A stretch of 56,603 nt of DNA, the filler included, from Nitrospiraceae bacterium (GTDB lineage: Bacteria > Nitrospirota > Nitrospiria > Nitrospirales > UBA2166): NCBI GenBank assembly GCA_002726235.1. It is 3 parts of 3 records of this genome, joined end to end, with 100 filler letters (N's around TTAATTAATTAA, not from the genome) between each part and the next. Parts side by side here need not be neighbours in the genome. Positions count along the whole stretch, not along the records: positions 1 to 22,889 come from PBSN01000014.1; 2 more parts are not named here. One strand, written 5' to 3'. Each line of letters opens with the position of its first letter. Within the stretch, counting starts at the first letter, position 1. Below the pieces are notes generated by a model, which did no database searches, was not told the origin of the DNA, and saw nothing but the letters and a program-made list of their open reading frames with translations. A program made the position numbers and the translations under genes. This document shows, piece by piece, positions 1 through 9,361 of this stretch.

Positions 1-72
1 GATTTAGGTCGGAATCAACTTCGGCCCTATTTACAGGCTCTTCAAAGCATTGTTCAAGAAATGTGGGGTTGG
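1..72 (+). repeat. 72-bp exact direct repeat, copy 1 (may extend left of the window)
   Basis: gatttaggtc...aatgtggggttgg is identical to 4462-4533. Confidence 0.95.
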
Positions 73-416
73 TCTACCTAGCAGATAAAGATTCCCAACT
101 AAGGCACCTGATTGTCGCAAATAATTCCTTGAAATTTCGGAAACGGAAGTTCTGCTTCGAGGCGCTCATCAACGTTATGCAAATCAGCAACTTTTGGACA
201 AAGCATCAGATGCAATCCGCTCTAGGATCTGCCTGCTAATAAACAATGAAGTAACACCAAAAAAATTCCTAGCAACCGACGTGGCTCAGTTGAGGGCTTT
301 TGGAGTACCCTTAGCGCACACATAGAAAAGAATCTTCCCAATAAAAGTTCTGGCAACCGAGATGTCCTGACAGTCTACTCAATAGTTGGGTGCAGGAAGA
401 TAAAGGAGGAACAGAT

Positions 417-521
417 ATGGGGGATCAGGGGGGAAAAGACAAAAACAAAAGGGAACAACAGAAAAAGGACAAGCATAGTTCAAAGGAAAAACGACAATTG
501 AAAAGAGAAAAGAAGAAATGA
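417..521 (+). CDS. small Lys-rich protein, 34 aa (MGDQGGKDKNKREQQKKDKHSSKEKRQLKREKKK)
   Basis: Below the ORF-track cutoff; strong AAGGAGG Shine-Dalgarno just upstream of the ATG; hand translated. Confidence 0.6.
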   Translation: MGDQGGKDKNKREQQKKDKHSSKEKRQLKREKKK

Positions 522-886
522 TGGCCAGTGCTGTCCGGTGACCCGTTCAACACCGCAAAGTGATTGCTAATCGCGGATGGAGATCAACTTTCCATCAACA
601 TCCAGAATCAAGACCGAGGCAATCATCCAACAAAGCCTTCGAGCGTATGGGTAAACCCGCCGCTCAAGGCACACGTCATGCATCGAGTCGGAGTAGTTCT
701 TACTTCTTCCCCCTTGATGGAGTCCAGTCCCAGAGTGAGTGTTCTGGCCAGTCACTCTTCGATCCACCAGTCCACTTCTCCCCATTTTGACTGCATCACT
801 GCAACACCCCCCTTGAGCCTTCTCAACCGTTGCACTGTTGTGTGCCAATTGCGCTAAGTTAAAAACACCAGCGGAGGAGAGACCTA

Positions 887-1086
887 GTGAAGCGAGAGGA
901 CCAGTGTCCAAACCTCAACCATCGCATCCCAATGCGCCGTTACAATCTGGTATCATGTGCGGCGAGGTGGTGAATCACAGCATTCCTGTGCCGCCGAACG
1001 GGTGTCGGGAGAAACAACATGTGAGGCGTGGCCATGCACAGGATGCCTACTGTCGGTATTGTGGGCAACAGCTTAGAGGGACATGA
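887..1086 (+). pseudogene. small Cys/His-rich (zinc-ribbon-like) protein, frameshifted
   Basis: GGAGGAG then GTG at 887 reads MKREDQCPNLNHR; adding one C to the CCC run near 928-930 joins it to ...PNAPLQSGIMCGEVVN...YCRYCGQQL; stop lies 4 nt before ino1. Confidence 0.45.
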
Positions 1087-1090
1087 CACT

Positions 1091-2191
1091 ATGAATCGTA
1101 TCAAGATCGCTATTGTCGGGGTTGGGAACTGTGCCAGTTCATTGATACAGGGCATCCACTACTACCGGGAAAAGATTCCCCAAGAGGCGATCGGCCTGAT
1201 GCATTGGGAAATCGGTGGATACTCGCCTGGTGATATCGAGGTGGTCGCGGCTGTCGATATCGATGTGCGAAAAGTCGGCGTCGATGTGCATGAGGCCATT
1301 TTTTCCCTACCCAACTGTACGACAGTCTTCTGCCCCGACCTTCCCAAAGCCGGAGTCACCGTGCAGATGGGCGGGATTATGGATGGATTTTCCGACCACA
1401 TGACAGCGTACGATCCAAAGCGCACGTTTGTTCAAGCCAATAAGCCAGAACCGACCGAAGGAGACATCGTCACGTTGCTCCGCGAATCTGGTGTGGAGAT
1501 TCTCATGAATTATCTTCCGGTCGGCTCCGAGAAGGCGACGGAGTTTTATGCCGGCTGCGCATTGAAGGCTGGCGCGGCCTTCATCAACAACATTCCAGTG
1601 TTTATTGCCAGCGATGCTCAAGGGAGCTGGGCCAGGCGATTTCAAGAGGCCGGCCTCCCCATTATCGGCGATGACATCAAAGCGCAGGTAGGGGCAACCA
1701 TCACCCATCGGGTCCTAACTGATTTGTTCGCCAAGCGTGGGGTGAAGCTGGAGCGGACGTACCAACTCAATACCGGCGGCAATACTGACTTTCTCAACAT
1801 GCTCAACCGCGATCGGCTGGCGTCAAAGAAACAATCCAAGACTCAGGCCGTACAGTCCGTGGCCGCTCACCCTATAGAGGATGACAACATCCATATTGGC
1901 CCGAGTGATTATGTGCCGTGGCAAAATGACAATAAGGTCTGTTTTCTCCGTATGGAAGGACGGCTATTCGGTGATGTGCCCATGAACCTCGAATTGCGCC
2001 TTTCAGTAGAGGATTCACCTAACTCGGCAGGGGTCGCGATCGATTCCATCCGCTGCGCCAAACTCGCGTTGGACCGAGGACAGAGTGGCATACTCGAAGG
2101 ACCGTCGGCTTACTTTTGCAAACATCCCCAACGACAGTTTACCGATGATATCGCCTTCCAGATGACGGAACATTTCATCAACGGCGACTGA
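1091..2191 (+). CDS. ino1: myo-inositol-1(3)-phosphate synthase
   Basis: IAIVGVGNCASS NAD motif, GDDIKAQVGAT, QLNTGGNTDF, VEDSPNSAG; start taken at MNRIKI. Confidence 0.95.
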   Translation: MNRIKIAIVGVGNCASSLIQGIHYYREKIPQEAIGLMHWEIGGYSPGDIEVVAAVDIDVRKVGVDVHEAIFSLPNCTTVFCPDLPKAGVTVQMGGIMDGFSDHMTAYDPKRTFVQANKPEPTEGDIVTLLRESGVEILMNYLPVGSEKATEFYAGCALKAGAAFINNIPVFIASDAQGSWARRFQEAGLPIIGDDIKAQVGATITHRVLTDLFAKRGVKLERTYQLNTGGNTDFLNMLNRDRLASKKQSKTQAVQSVAAHPIEDDNIHIGPSDYVPWQNDNKVCFLRMEGRLFGDVPMNLELRLSVEDSPNSAGVAIDSIRCAKLALDRGQSGILEGPSAYFCKHPQRQFTDDIAFQMTEHFINGD

Positions 2192-2201
2192 GATTATCGG
2201 G

Positions 2202-3524
2202 ATGAAATGCCTCATCATCGCGGCGGGCAAAGGAAGCCGGCTGCAGCAGAGGGGTCCCAGTAAGCCCCTCATTCCCCTTCTAGGCATCCCCTTGATTGAA
2301 CGCGTCATCCGCACCGCGTTGGACGCTGGTGTCGACGAAATATTCGTCGTGACCGGCTACCAGGGTGAACAGATCCGTGATTTCTTGGAAGGATTGGCGG
2401 CACGACTTGCGATTCGGATCACTCCTTTGGTGAATGACGAGTGGGAGAAAGACAATGGACTCTCCGTGCTCACGGCGCGAGACTACCTTCACGATCCCTT
2501 TCTGCTTCTCATGGCGGATCACCTCTTCGACCCACGCTTAGGCCATGCACTAACAACGCATGCCCTGACCGATGGAGAGATCGCGCTCGGCATCGATCTC
2601 GACACCCGCAATCCTCTGGTTGATATGGAAGATGTGACCCGTATCAAAGTGGAGGACGGGAAGATTCGTACGATCGGCAAGGGATTAGTCGACTTCAATG
2701 GATTCGATACTGGAGTGTTCCTGTGTTCCCCAGCGATATTTAAGGCTCTGGCGCAAAGCAAAGACACCGTGGGTGATGCCACCCTGTCAGGAGCGGTACG
2801 GATTCTTGCCGCAAAGGGATGTGTGAGCGCTGTCCCTACGCGTGGTTTCTGGGTTGACGTCGACGATCCGAAGGCATTCAACAAGGCCGAAGCGGCCCTC
2901 TTAGATCATCTCCGCGACAAGTCAAACGATGGGCCTGTGTCCCGTTACCTGAACCGTCCCATATCCATACGAGTGTCCCGTTATTTGGCACAATATGATG
3001 TGACGCCCAATCAAATTTCCCTGTTCTCGTTTCTGTGTTCCATGATTGCCGCCGGACTGTTTGCTCTGGGCGGCTATCTCGCCTTGCTTCTGGGAGGCGT
3101 TCTTGCCCAATTCGCATCTGTCATCGATGGGTGCGACGGGGAAGTGGCTAGGCTCAAGTACCAAAGCAGCGACTTCGGCGGTTGGTTCGATGCGGTGCTG
3201 GACCGTTATGCCGATGCGTTTCTCCTCTTTGGCTTGACGTGGCATGTGCTCCTCACGGAGCCGAATGGTTGGATCCTCTTCATCGGTGTCATGGCCATTA
3301 TCGGATCCTTCATGCTGAGTTATACGGCGGATAAGTACGATAACCTCATGCGTGAACGATTCGAGTTGAGGGGTATGGCCATGATACGGATGGGACGTGA
3401 TGTGCGGGTATTGCTCATCTTCATTGGTGCAGTGATGAATCTCGTACTCCCTGTGCTGGTGGCGATCGTGGTGGTGATGAATATCGAGACAATACGCCGG
3501 ATGAAGGTCGCGTCGGATGCGTAG
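2202..3524 (+). CDS. bifunctional inositol-1-phosphate cytidylyltransferase / CDP-alcohol phosphotransferase (IPCT/DIPPS-like)
   Basis: N-terminal IIAAGKGSRL...KPL nucleotidyltransferase; C-terminal DGCDGEVAR...GGWFDAVLD CDP-alcohol motif with TM helices; directly after ino1. Confidence 0.88.
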   Translation: MKCLIIAAGKGSRLQQRGPSKPLIPLLGIPLIERVIRTALDAGVDEIFVVTGYQGEQIRDFLEGLAARLAIRITPLVNDEWEKDNGLSVLTARDYLHDPFLLLMADHLFDPRLGHALTTHALTDGEIALGIDLDTRNPLVDMEDVTRIKVEDGKIRTIGKGLVDFNGFDTGVFLCSPAIFKALAQSKDTVGDATLSGAVRILAAKGCVSAVPTRGFWVDVDDPKAFNKAEAALLDHLRDKSNDGPVSRYLNRPISIRVSRYLAQYDVTPNQISLFSFLCSMIAAGLFALGGYLALLLGGVLAQFASVIDGCDGEVARLKYQSSDFGGWFDAVLDRYADAFLLFGLTWHVLLTEPNGWILFIGVMAIIGSFMLSYTADKYDNLMRERFELRGMAMIRMGRDVRVLLIFIGAVMNLVLPVLVAIVVVMNIETIRRMKVASDA

Positions 3525-4104
3525 TGTTGAGTCTGCCAAACAGAGCATCAGGCGGATTGTCGGCGGCTCGCGCGTGCCCGAGGACCCACGCCATGCTGAC
3601 AACACCCTAGAGTGGCTGTTGCGCTTTGCACCGGATGCCGACGATGCTCTGCAATTGGCAGCGCTGGCCCACGACATCGACCGAGCCATCGAAGAAAGCA
3701 AGACCCCGCGTGCGGACTTTGAGGATTATGATGCCTTCAAGGCTGCCCATGCCCGTCATGGCGCGGAAATACTGCGCCCGATTCTCGTCGCATGTGGCGT
3801 GGAAGGCCATATCGTGAACGAGGCGTGCCGTTTGGTAAAGGTCCACGAGGTGGGAGGAGATCCCAGCTCCGATCTACTCAAGGATGCCGACAGTGTCTCC
3901 TATTTCGACGTCAATCTCCCGCTCTATTACGAGCGTGAGGGGTGGGATGAGGCCAAACGGAGATCACTCTGGGGATATCGGCGTCTGTCGCCACCGGCGA
4001 AAGAGATTGTCAAACACATTGTCTACCAGGAGCAAGCGCTGGTGCGTTTGATGCAGGAGGTCATTCATGAAGCTCGCGAATGTCTTCAACCGACTCTGCA
4101 ATGA
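3517..4104 (+). CDS. HD-domain (DUF4202-like) putative phosphohydrolase
   Basis: H...ALAHDIDR...HARHGA...HE...LKDADSVSYF pattern; overlaps the upstream stop. Confidence 0.7.
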   Translation: MRSVESAKQSIRRIVGGSRVPEDPRHADNTLEWLLRFAPDADDALQLAALAHDIDRAIEESKTPRADFEDYDAFKAAHARHGAEILRPILVACGVEGHIVNEACRLVKVHEVGGDPSSDLLKDADSVSYFDVNLPLYYEREGWDEAKRRSLWGYRRLSPPAKEIVKHIVYQEQALVRLMQEVIHEARECLQPTLQ

Positions 4105-4116
4105 AGCCGACCACCA

Positions 4117-4341
4117 TTGCCTCTCCTAGTGTACCATGAGTGGGTGGACGAATATCGAACTGACCTTTCCCCCTTGATTAAGTTCAGCGAGCGCGACGAT
4201 GCTGTGAAAGACTATCACCGCCAAAACAGAGCTCTCCCTGAAGAGACCCGATACGACATCCTGATTCTAAACGCGTCATCTAGAATGGCGTTACCCGTCA
4301 CGCATCCGCGCTTCTTCCCTCAGGGCCTACTCTCGCCATAA
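4117..4341 (+). CDS. small hypothetical protein
   Basis: 74-aa ORF 12 nt after the HD gene; LLVYH...DILILNASSRMALPVTHPRFF resembles the C-terminal module of some RelA/SpoT-domain proteins (recalled pattern, unverified); TTG start with weak RBS. Confidence 0.35.
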   Translation: MPLLVYHEWVDEYRTDLSPLIKFSERDDAVKDYHRQNRALPEETRYDILILNASSRMALPVTHPRFFPQGLLSP

Positions 4342-4461
4342 GATCAAGAGCTATATAGCTAGCCTCCCTTTCAAATTATCTTCACCCCCTGCTTACGATC
4401 TCAATCCAAAAATGTGTGATGCGCTAAAATTGTCGAGTATTGTTGTGTTCGACTCAATGTT

Positions 4462-4533
4462 GATTTAGGTCGGAATCAACTTCGGCCCTATTTACAGGCT
4501 CTTCAAAGCATTGTTCAAGAAATGTGGGGTTGG
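4462..4533 (+). repeat. 72-bp exact direct repeat, copy 2
   Basis: Identical to 1-72; ends on the GG of the sigma-54 -24 element. Confidence 0.95.
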
Positions 4534-4546
4534 CACGAAATCTGCT
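4530..4546 (+). promoter_or_regulatory. sigma-54 (-24/-12) promoter of the nitrate reductase operon
   Basis: TTGGCACGAAATCTGCT, GG-N10-GC, one mismatch to YTGGCACGRNNNTTGCW; about 65 nt before the ATG. Confidence 0.8.
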
Positions 4547-4612
4547 TTCCCCCATTGGAGGGAATCGTATACGAGGATAGCTCACATGCTGAATTTCTGG
4601 AAAACAGGGTAG

Positions 4613-6757
4613 ATGCGAAGCCTTTTGAAAGGAAACGTCGATCGTCAAGCTCGAAAGGTGAAGGTTCGCCAGAATCCTGTCGACCGTTGGGCATATACCA
4701 CGTGTGGGTATTGCTCGACCGGATGCGGCATTGAAGTGGGAGTGAAAGATGCTCGTGCGGTGTCCGTGCGAGGAACCAATGCCCATCCGGTCAATCAAGG
4801 CAAACTATGCTTGAAAGGCATTTGGGAGTTCGAGGCGATTAACGCACCGAATCGCGGGACACATCCGTTGATGCGCGAGGAACCGACTCAGCCATATCGT
4901 CGGGTCTCCTGGGATGCGGCACTCACGCAAACGGCGACAGAATTTCGTCGCATTATGGACACGTACGGTCCGGACGCGCTTGCGGTCGTCAGCACCGGCC
5001 AGATCTATACCGAGGAATTCTACGCCCTCGGTAAACTTGTGCGGGGGGGACTTGGGACAAACAACTACGACGGAAACACCACCTTATGCATGGCCAGTGC
5101 GGTATCAGGCTACAAGCGATCCTTTGGATCCGATGGCCCCCCAGGATGCTACGACGATTTTGATGAGACGGAGTGCCTGCTCGCATTCGGATCGAATCTT
5201 GTGGAATGTCATCCGGTAATTTACTACCGGCTCAAGATGGCGCTCGAGCGCCGTCGATTTCCTGTTATCGTCATCGATCCACGCGTCACTGTGTTCGCAC
5301 AAAACGCGGATATTCACCTTGCCATCAATCCTGGGACGGACTTGGTATTGCTCAATGCCCTCGCTCACGTGATTTTGGAAGAACGCCTCGCTGATCAGAA
5401 ATACATTGAAACCCATACCAGCGATTTCGATGCATTTGTGGAAACGGNGACGAAATACTCCCCTGAATACGCGGAGCCGATCACTGGAATTCCAGCATCC
5501 ACAACTCGAACAGTTGCCAGGATCTATGGCAACGCAAATGCTGCGATGTCCATTTGGACAATGGGAATCAATCAGTCTGTGCATGGATCAGATGGCGTGG
5601 TCGCTATTAACAATCTCTCGTTGCTTACAGGAAACATCGGAAAACCAGGCGCAACGTCGCTCTCTATCACTGGCCAGTGTAATGCCATGGGCACCCGTGA
5701 ATTTTCGTCATGCTCAGGACTGCCGGGCTATCGCCTGCTCGAAAATCAGGAACACCGGGCGCAAATCGCGCAATATTGGGGTGTGGATGAATCATTCTTT
5801 CCCCTTAAACGAGGCAAAACGATGACCGATATCTTTCCCGCCATTGAGGCAGGAACCATCAAGGGTCTTTGGCTCATCGCGACCAATCCTGCGACATCAA
5901 TGCCGCAAACCCAGCGGATTGCAAAGAGTTTGAGAAACCTTGAGTTTCTTGTCGTCCAAGACGTGTTCGAAAATGTGGATTCAGCAGAGTTTGCCCACGT
6001 GTTTCTCCCCGCTGCGATGTGGGCTGAAAAAACGGGAACATTTACAAATTCTGAGCGCCGAGTGGGATTAGTCAGAAAAGCAGTCGAGCCTCCCGTCGAA
6101 GCGAGAAGCGATTTAGAGATTTTCTGTGCGATGGCAGAAAAACTTGGCGTTGGACACCTTCTCCCGTCAACAGCACCTGAAATGATGTTCGATGAGTTCA
6201 AAACGATCAGTAAAGGACGTCCATGTGACTATTCCGGACTGAGTTACGACGCATTGGAACGAGAAGGTGGTATCNAGTGGCCTGCTCCAACAGGGGAGGG
6301 AAGCCCACGGCTGTATACCGATGGACGCTTTCACACCGCCAATCGAAAAGCGCGCTTCATTGCGTTAGAGTTTCACGATACCAACGAACGCCCTGACGAT
6401 CAGTATCCCTTCTGGTTGAATACTGGTCGAGTCATTGAGCACTGGCACACGAGAACCAAGACGGGACAGATTGGGAACCTGAACAAATTCTCGCCTATCC
6501 CCTACGTGGAAATGAACTCGATTGATGCCAACCGATTGGGGATTAACTCGTTAGATTCGGTACGGGTGATCTCAAGACGTGGCCAAATAACCGTCATCGT
6601 ACAGGTGACAGAATGCGTCGCCCCAAGGATGGTGTTCATTCCATTCCATTTTGCGAAGGGTGCGAATTTCATGACCCTAGGTCTCTTGGATCCATACTCA
6701 CGGCAGCCGGCGTTTAAGCAGTCTGCAGTCAAGATTGAGAAGGTGGTGTCGAGTTGA
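4613..6757 (+). CDS. nasA: assimilatory-type nitrate reductase catalytic subunit (NasA/NarB family Mo-bisPGD enzyme)
   Basis: CGYCSTGC...GKLCLKG 4Fe-4S motif; NYDGNTTLCMASAV Mo-ligand region; GQCNAMG; no Tat signal; neighbours nirB and narK. Confidence 0.85.
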   Translation: MRSLLKGNVDRQARKVKVRQNPVDRWAYTTCGYCSTGCGIEVGVKDARAVSVRGTNAHPVNQGKLCLKGIWEFEAINAPNRGTHPLMREEPTQPYRRVSWDAALTQTATEFRRIMDTYGPDALAVVSTGQIYTEEFYALGKLVRGGLGTNNYDGNTTLCMASAVSGYKRSFGSDGPPGCYDDFDETECLLAFGSNLVECHPVIYYRLKMALERRRFPVIVIDPRVTVFAQNADIHLAINPGTDLVLLNALAHVILEERLADQKYIETHTSDFDAFVETXTKYSPEYAEPITGIPASTTRTVARIYGNANAAMSIWTMGINQSVHGSDGVVAINNLSLLTGNIGKPGATSLSITGQCNAMGTREFSSCSGLPGYRLLENQEHRAQIAQYWGVDESFFPLKRGKTMTDIFPAIEAGTIKGLWLIATNPATSMPQTQRIAKSLRNLEFLVVQDVFENVDSAEFAHVFLPAAMWAEKTGTFTNSERRVGLVRKAVEPPVEARSDLEIFCAMAEKLGVGHLLPSTAPEMMFDEFKTISKGRPCDYSGLSYDALEREGGIXWPAPTGEGSPRLYTDGRFHTANRKARFIALEFHDTNERPDDQYPFWLNTGRVIEHWHTRTKTGQIGNLNKFSPIPYVEMNSIDANRLGINSLDSVRVISRRGQITVIVQVTECVAPRMVFIPFHFAKGANFMTLGLLDPYSRQPAFKQSAVKIEKVVSS

Positions 6758-8721
6758 GTGNTTCGAATATCAAATCNGACAGCTCATTGAGCTCAAGCCG
6801 TTATGATCTCNCTGTTGACATCGAGACGCCCTTGCCACAAAAGGCGGAATATGGAGAAGCTGGGGAAATTGCAAAAGCGCTATGTCAAAACAGCTGTGAT
6901 CCCACGGATGAATTCAAAGCAACCCAGCAGGTCGGATTTATCTTCCGAGCTGATAATTGTATCGGGTGTCACTCGTGCGAGGCGGCCTGTAGTGAAAAGA
7001 ATGGGTTGCCATCGCATATGGCTTGGAGAAAAGTCGGCTATGTGGAAGGCGGCACCTATCCTGACTACACTCGAGTCAACATCTCGATGGCCTGTAACCA
7101 TTGCGATGATCCCGTCTGTCTCAAGGGATGTCCAACCGGTGCCTATGTAAAGTATCAGGATACTGGTGCCGTTATCGTTGATAGTGACATCTGTTTCGGC
7201 TGTCAGTATTGCACGTGGGTGTGTCCGTATGAGGCGCCCGCATTTAACCCTGAAACAGGTTCGGTCACCAAGTGTAATATGTGTGTCGATCGCTTGGACG
7301 CTGGGCTTCAACCGATGTGTGTCGATGCCTGTCTCGGACACGCGCTGGAATTTGGAGCAATAGACAAGTATGAACGGGACAATCCTGCGGCGCTGACGCA
7401 CATTGCTGGGTTTCCAGATCCGTCTATCAGTAAACCGAACGTGCGGTTCGATCAGAGGCGATCACTTCCCACAACTATGAAGCGCGCCGACACTGAGCTC
7501 ATACAGTATCAGTCCCTCACTTCATCGAATGAAAACACCCGAATCAATGAGATCGGTCTCCCGTATCAGTCGAGCGGAAAAACACATTCAGCGAGTACGG
7601 GAGAGAATCACGGAAGCAAAACGAGCAAGCAGGTGCCCTGGTCTTCCTTGCACTCCCACGAAACCTCCCTTGTGGTGTTTACCCTGCTCGCTCAGTTCGT
7701 CGTTGGAGCGTTCCTCTCGCTCTGGAGTCTACCGCTGATAACATCGGGTGCCGGCTTGAAGACCAGCCTGGTCGGTCCAACACAGGCGATCCTTGTCGGC
7801 ATCACAACGTTATTGGCGGTGGGGCTTGGAATTTCAACCTCACACCTTGGAAAACCGTGGAGATGCTATCGGTCATTGAACAACCTGCGGTATTCCTGGG
7901 TGAGTCGCGAGATTCTCGCGATGGGATTATTCTTTGGTAGCTTGACCCTGTTCACAGCACTGACGTTTCTCGGAGTTTCAGGTTCGTGGGCGCAATGGGG
8001 ATTGGGATCTGCCGTAGCGATGTGTGGAATTGCCAGCATCTTTACCATGTCGAAGATCTATATGATCCCGGCAAGACCTTTCTGGAATCACCCACACACG
8101 TGGGTTTCCTTCTATTCATCGGCCTTCGTTCTGGGCCCGTACCTCGTTGCGGCTGTGCTCGGATTGCTGACCGCGATTCCAGTGATATTCCTTGCTGCGT
8201 TCACAGCGGTTGCGTTAACCACGCAGGTGATTCAGATGACTTCCCAGCGTGTCCATCTGCAAGATCTCGCGTCTGAACCGCAGATGAACAACAAGCGGAA
8301 TCGATCGTTTGGTCCATTGTCGACAAACACACAAGCCGCTCTCCATGTGCAAGGCGAAGCTCAGGCATCTTATGATCAACTTCTCGGAAAATTCGAACGG
8401 TTTCAGAAGATGAGAAGTGCACTCTCGCTCGTCACAATCAGCATGAGCGCAATCACCCTTGTGGCAGCGATTGCGACTAGCCTGTTCTGGAGCGGTCCAT
8501 CGGGAGTGATGAGCCTTGTGAATAGCGTGGTCCCGTGGGTGACTCTGTCCCTCTTTGTGACCGTGCTGGCCGGCGAACTCATCGGCCGTGCGTTGTTCTA
8601 CTCCGTTGTCACCCCCACCACCATGCCAGGATCTCTCTTCATCAAAAACCGTGGCTTCGAACAATTGGCCAGGGACACTGGCTTAGCTAACGATCCCATG
8701 GTTGGGGTTTCGCTGCACTGA
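6754..8721 (+). CDS. fused DmsB-like 4x[4Fe-4S] ferredoxin and DmsC/YnfH-like membrane anchor
   Basis: CIGCHSCEAAC, CNHCDDPVCLKGC, CFGCQYCTWVC, KCNMC..CVDAC, then ETSLVVFTLLAQ, SHLGKP, SWVSRE, ELIGRALFY with about 8 TM segments; start overlaps the nasA stop; several single Ns near the 5' end. Confidence 0.85.
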   Translation: MSXSNIKXDSSLSSSRYDLXVDIETPLPQKAEYGEAGEIAKALCQNSCDPTDEFKATQQVGFIFRADNCIGCHSCEAACSEKNGLPSHMAWRKVGYVEGGTYPDYTRVNISMACNHCDDPVCLKGCPTGAYVKYQDTGAVIVDSDICFGCQYCTWVCPYEAPAFNPETGSVTKCNMCVDRLDAGLQPMCVDACLGHALEFGAIDKYERDNPAALTHIAGFPDPSISKPNVRFDQRRSLPTTMKRADTELIQYQSLTSSNENTRINEIGLPYQSSGKTHSASTGENHGSKTSKQVPWSSLHSHETSLVVFTLLAQFVVGAFLSLWSLPLITSGAGLKTSLVGPTQAILVGITTLLAVGLGISTSHLGKPWRCYRSLNNLRYSWVSREILAMGLFFGSLTLFTALTFLGVSGSWAQWGLGSAVAMCGIASIFTMSKIYMIPARPFWNHPHTWVSFYSSAFVLGPYLVAAVLGLLTAIPVIFLAAFTAVALTTQVIQMTSQRVHLQDLASEPQMNNKRNRSFGPLSTNTQAALHVQGEAQASYDQLLGKFERFQKMRSALSLVTISMSAITLVAAIATSLFWSGPSGVMSLVNSVVPWVTLSLFVTVLAGELIGRALFYSVVTPTTMPGSLFIKNRGFEQLARDTGLANDPMVGVSLH

Positions 8722-8772
8722 CTTGTAGCCAGAGACAGATGCCCTGGTGCTAGAAAGCTGGGACAGCTTCGT

Positions 8773-9078
8773 TCATTGCTTGTACAGTAAGCAAGTACCA
8801 TTTCTCATTCGTGGAGAGAGCCTTGTCCGCTCAGGCGCCTCGTCGAGTTGAAGTAAAGACGATTTCTCGTTTCTGCCGAAGACCGCGTAGGCGAGAAGCA
8901 CAAACAAGAACACAAAGGTGGCGGGAATCACCAGTTTGATAAAGGCACCTTCAGTGAAGNAGCCAGCGATGCCCACCACTGACGGAAGTACAATCGTAAT
9001 CCAAGGAGAGATCTTTAGGAGTTTTCGTAGAGGGCCTTCGTGATTTGGTACCGAAGNCCGTATCCGATCGAGATGACC
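8773..9078 (-). pseudogene. possible 3' remnant of a membrane-protein gene
   Basis: Open frame with two hydrophobic stretches (ISPWITIVLPSVVGIAG; LVIPATFVFLFVLLAYAVF), bounded upstream by a stop, no good start. Confidence 0.25.
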
Positions 9079-9361
9079 GGATGTAATTCAATGGCGGTTT
9101 CGGGCCGAATTCCGTGAGTGTTTTGGGGCATGCGAGATCTCTCTGTGGGTTATCCCTCGATCTCTACGGACGAGAGAATGATGATTGGTATACTTGCCGG
9201 CAACCCCACTCAGAATGCAGCGCTCATGCAATATGGAATAGTCCATGTAGCTTCGACATAAGGTCACAGAAATGCATGGAACGCCAGCGGAGTGAGGAGT
9301 GTAGCGTATCGCGATTGCTTCTGCACGATACCGATGGGCATATTGTCAGGTGAGGACTCGT

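Noticed and set aside
560..911. Short overlapping ORFs here, and the many antisense ORFs inside long genes
   Set aside because: No RBS or motif support; shadows of real genes or chance frames.
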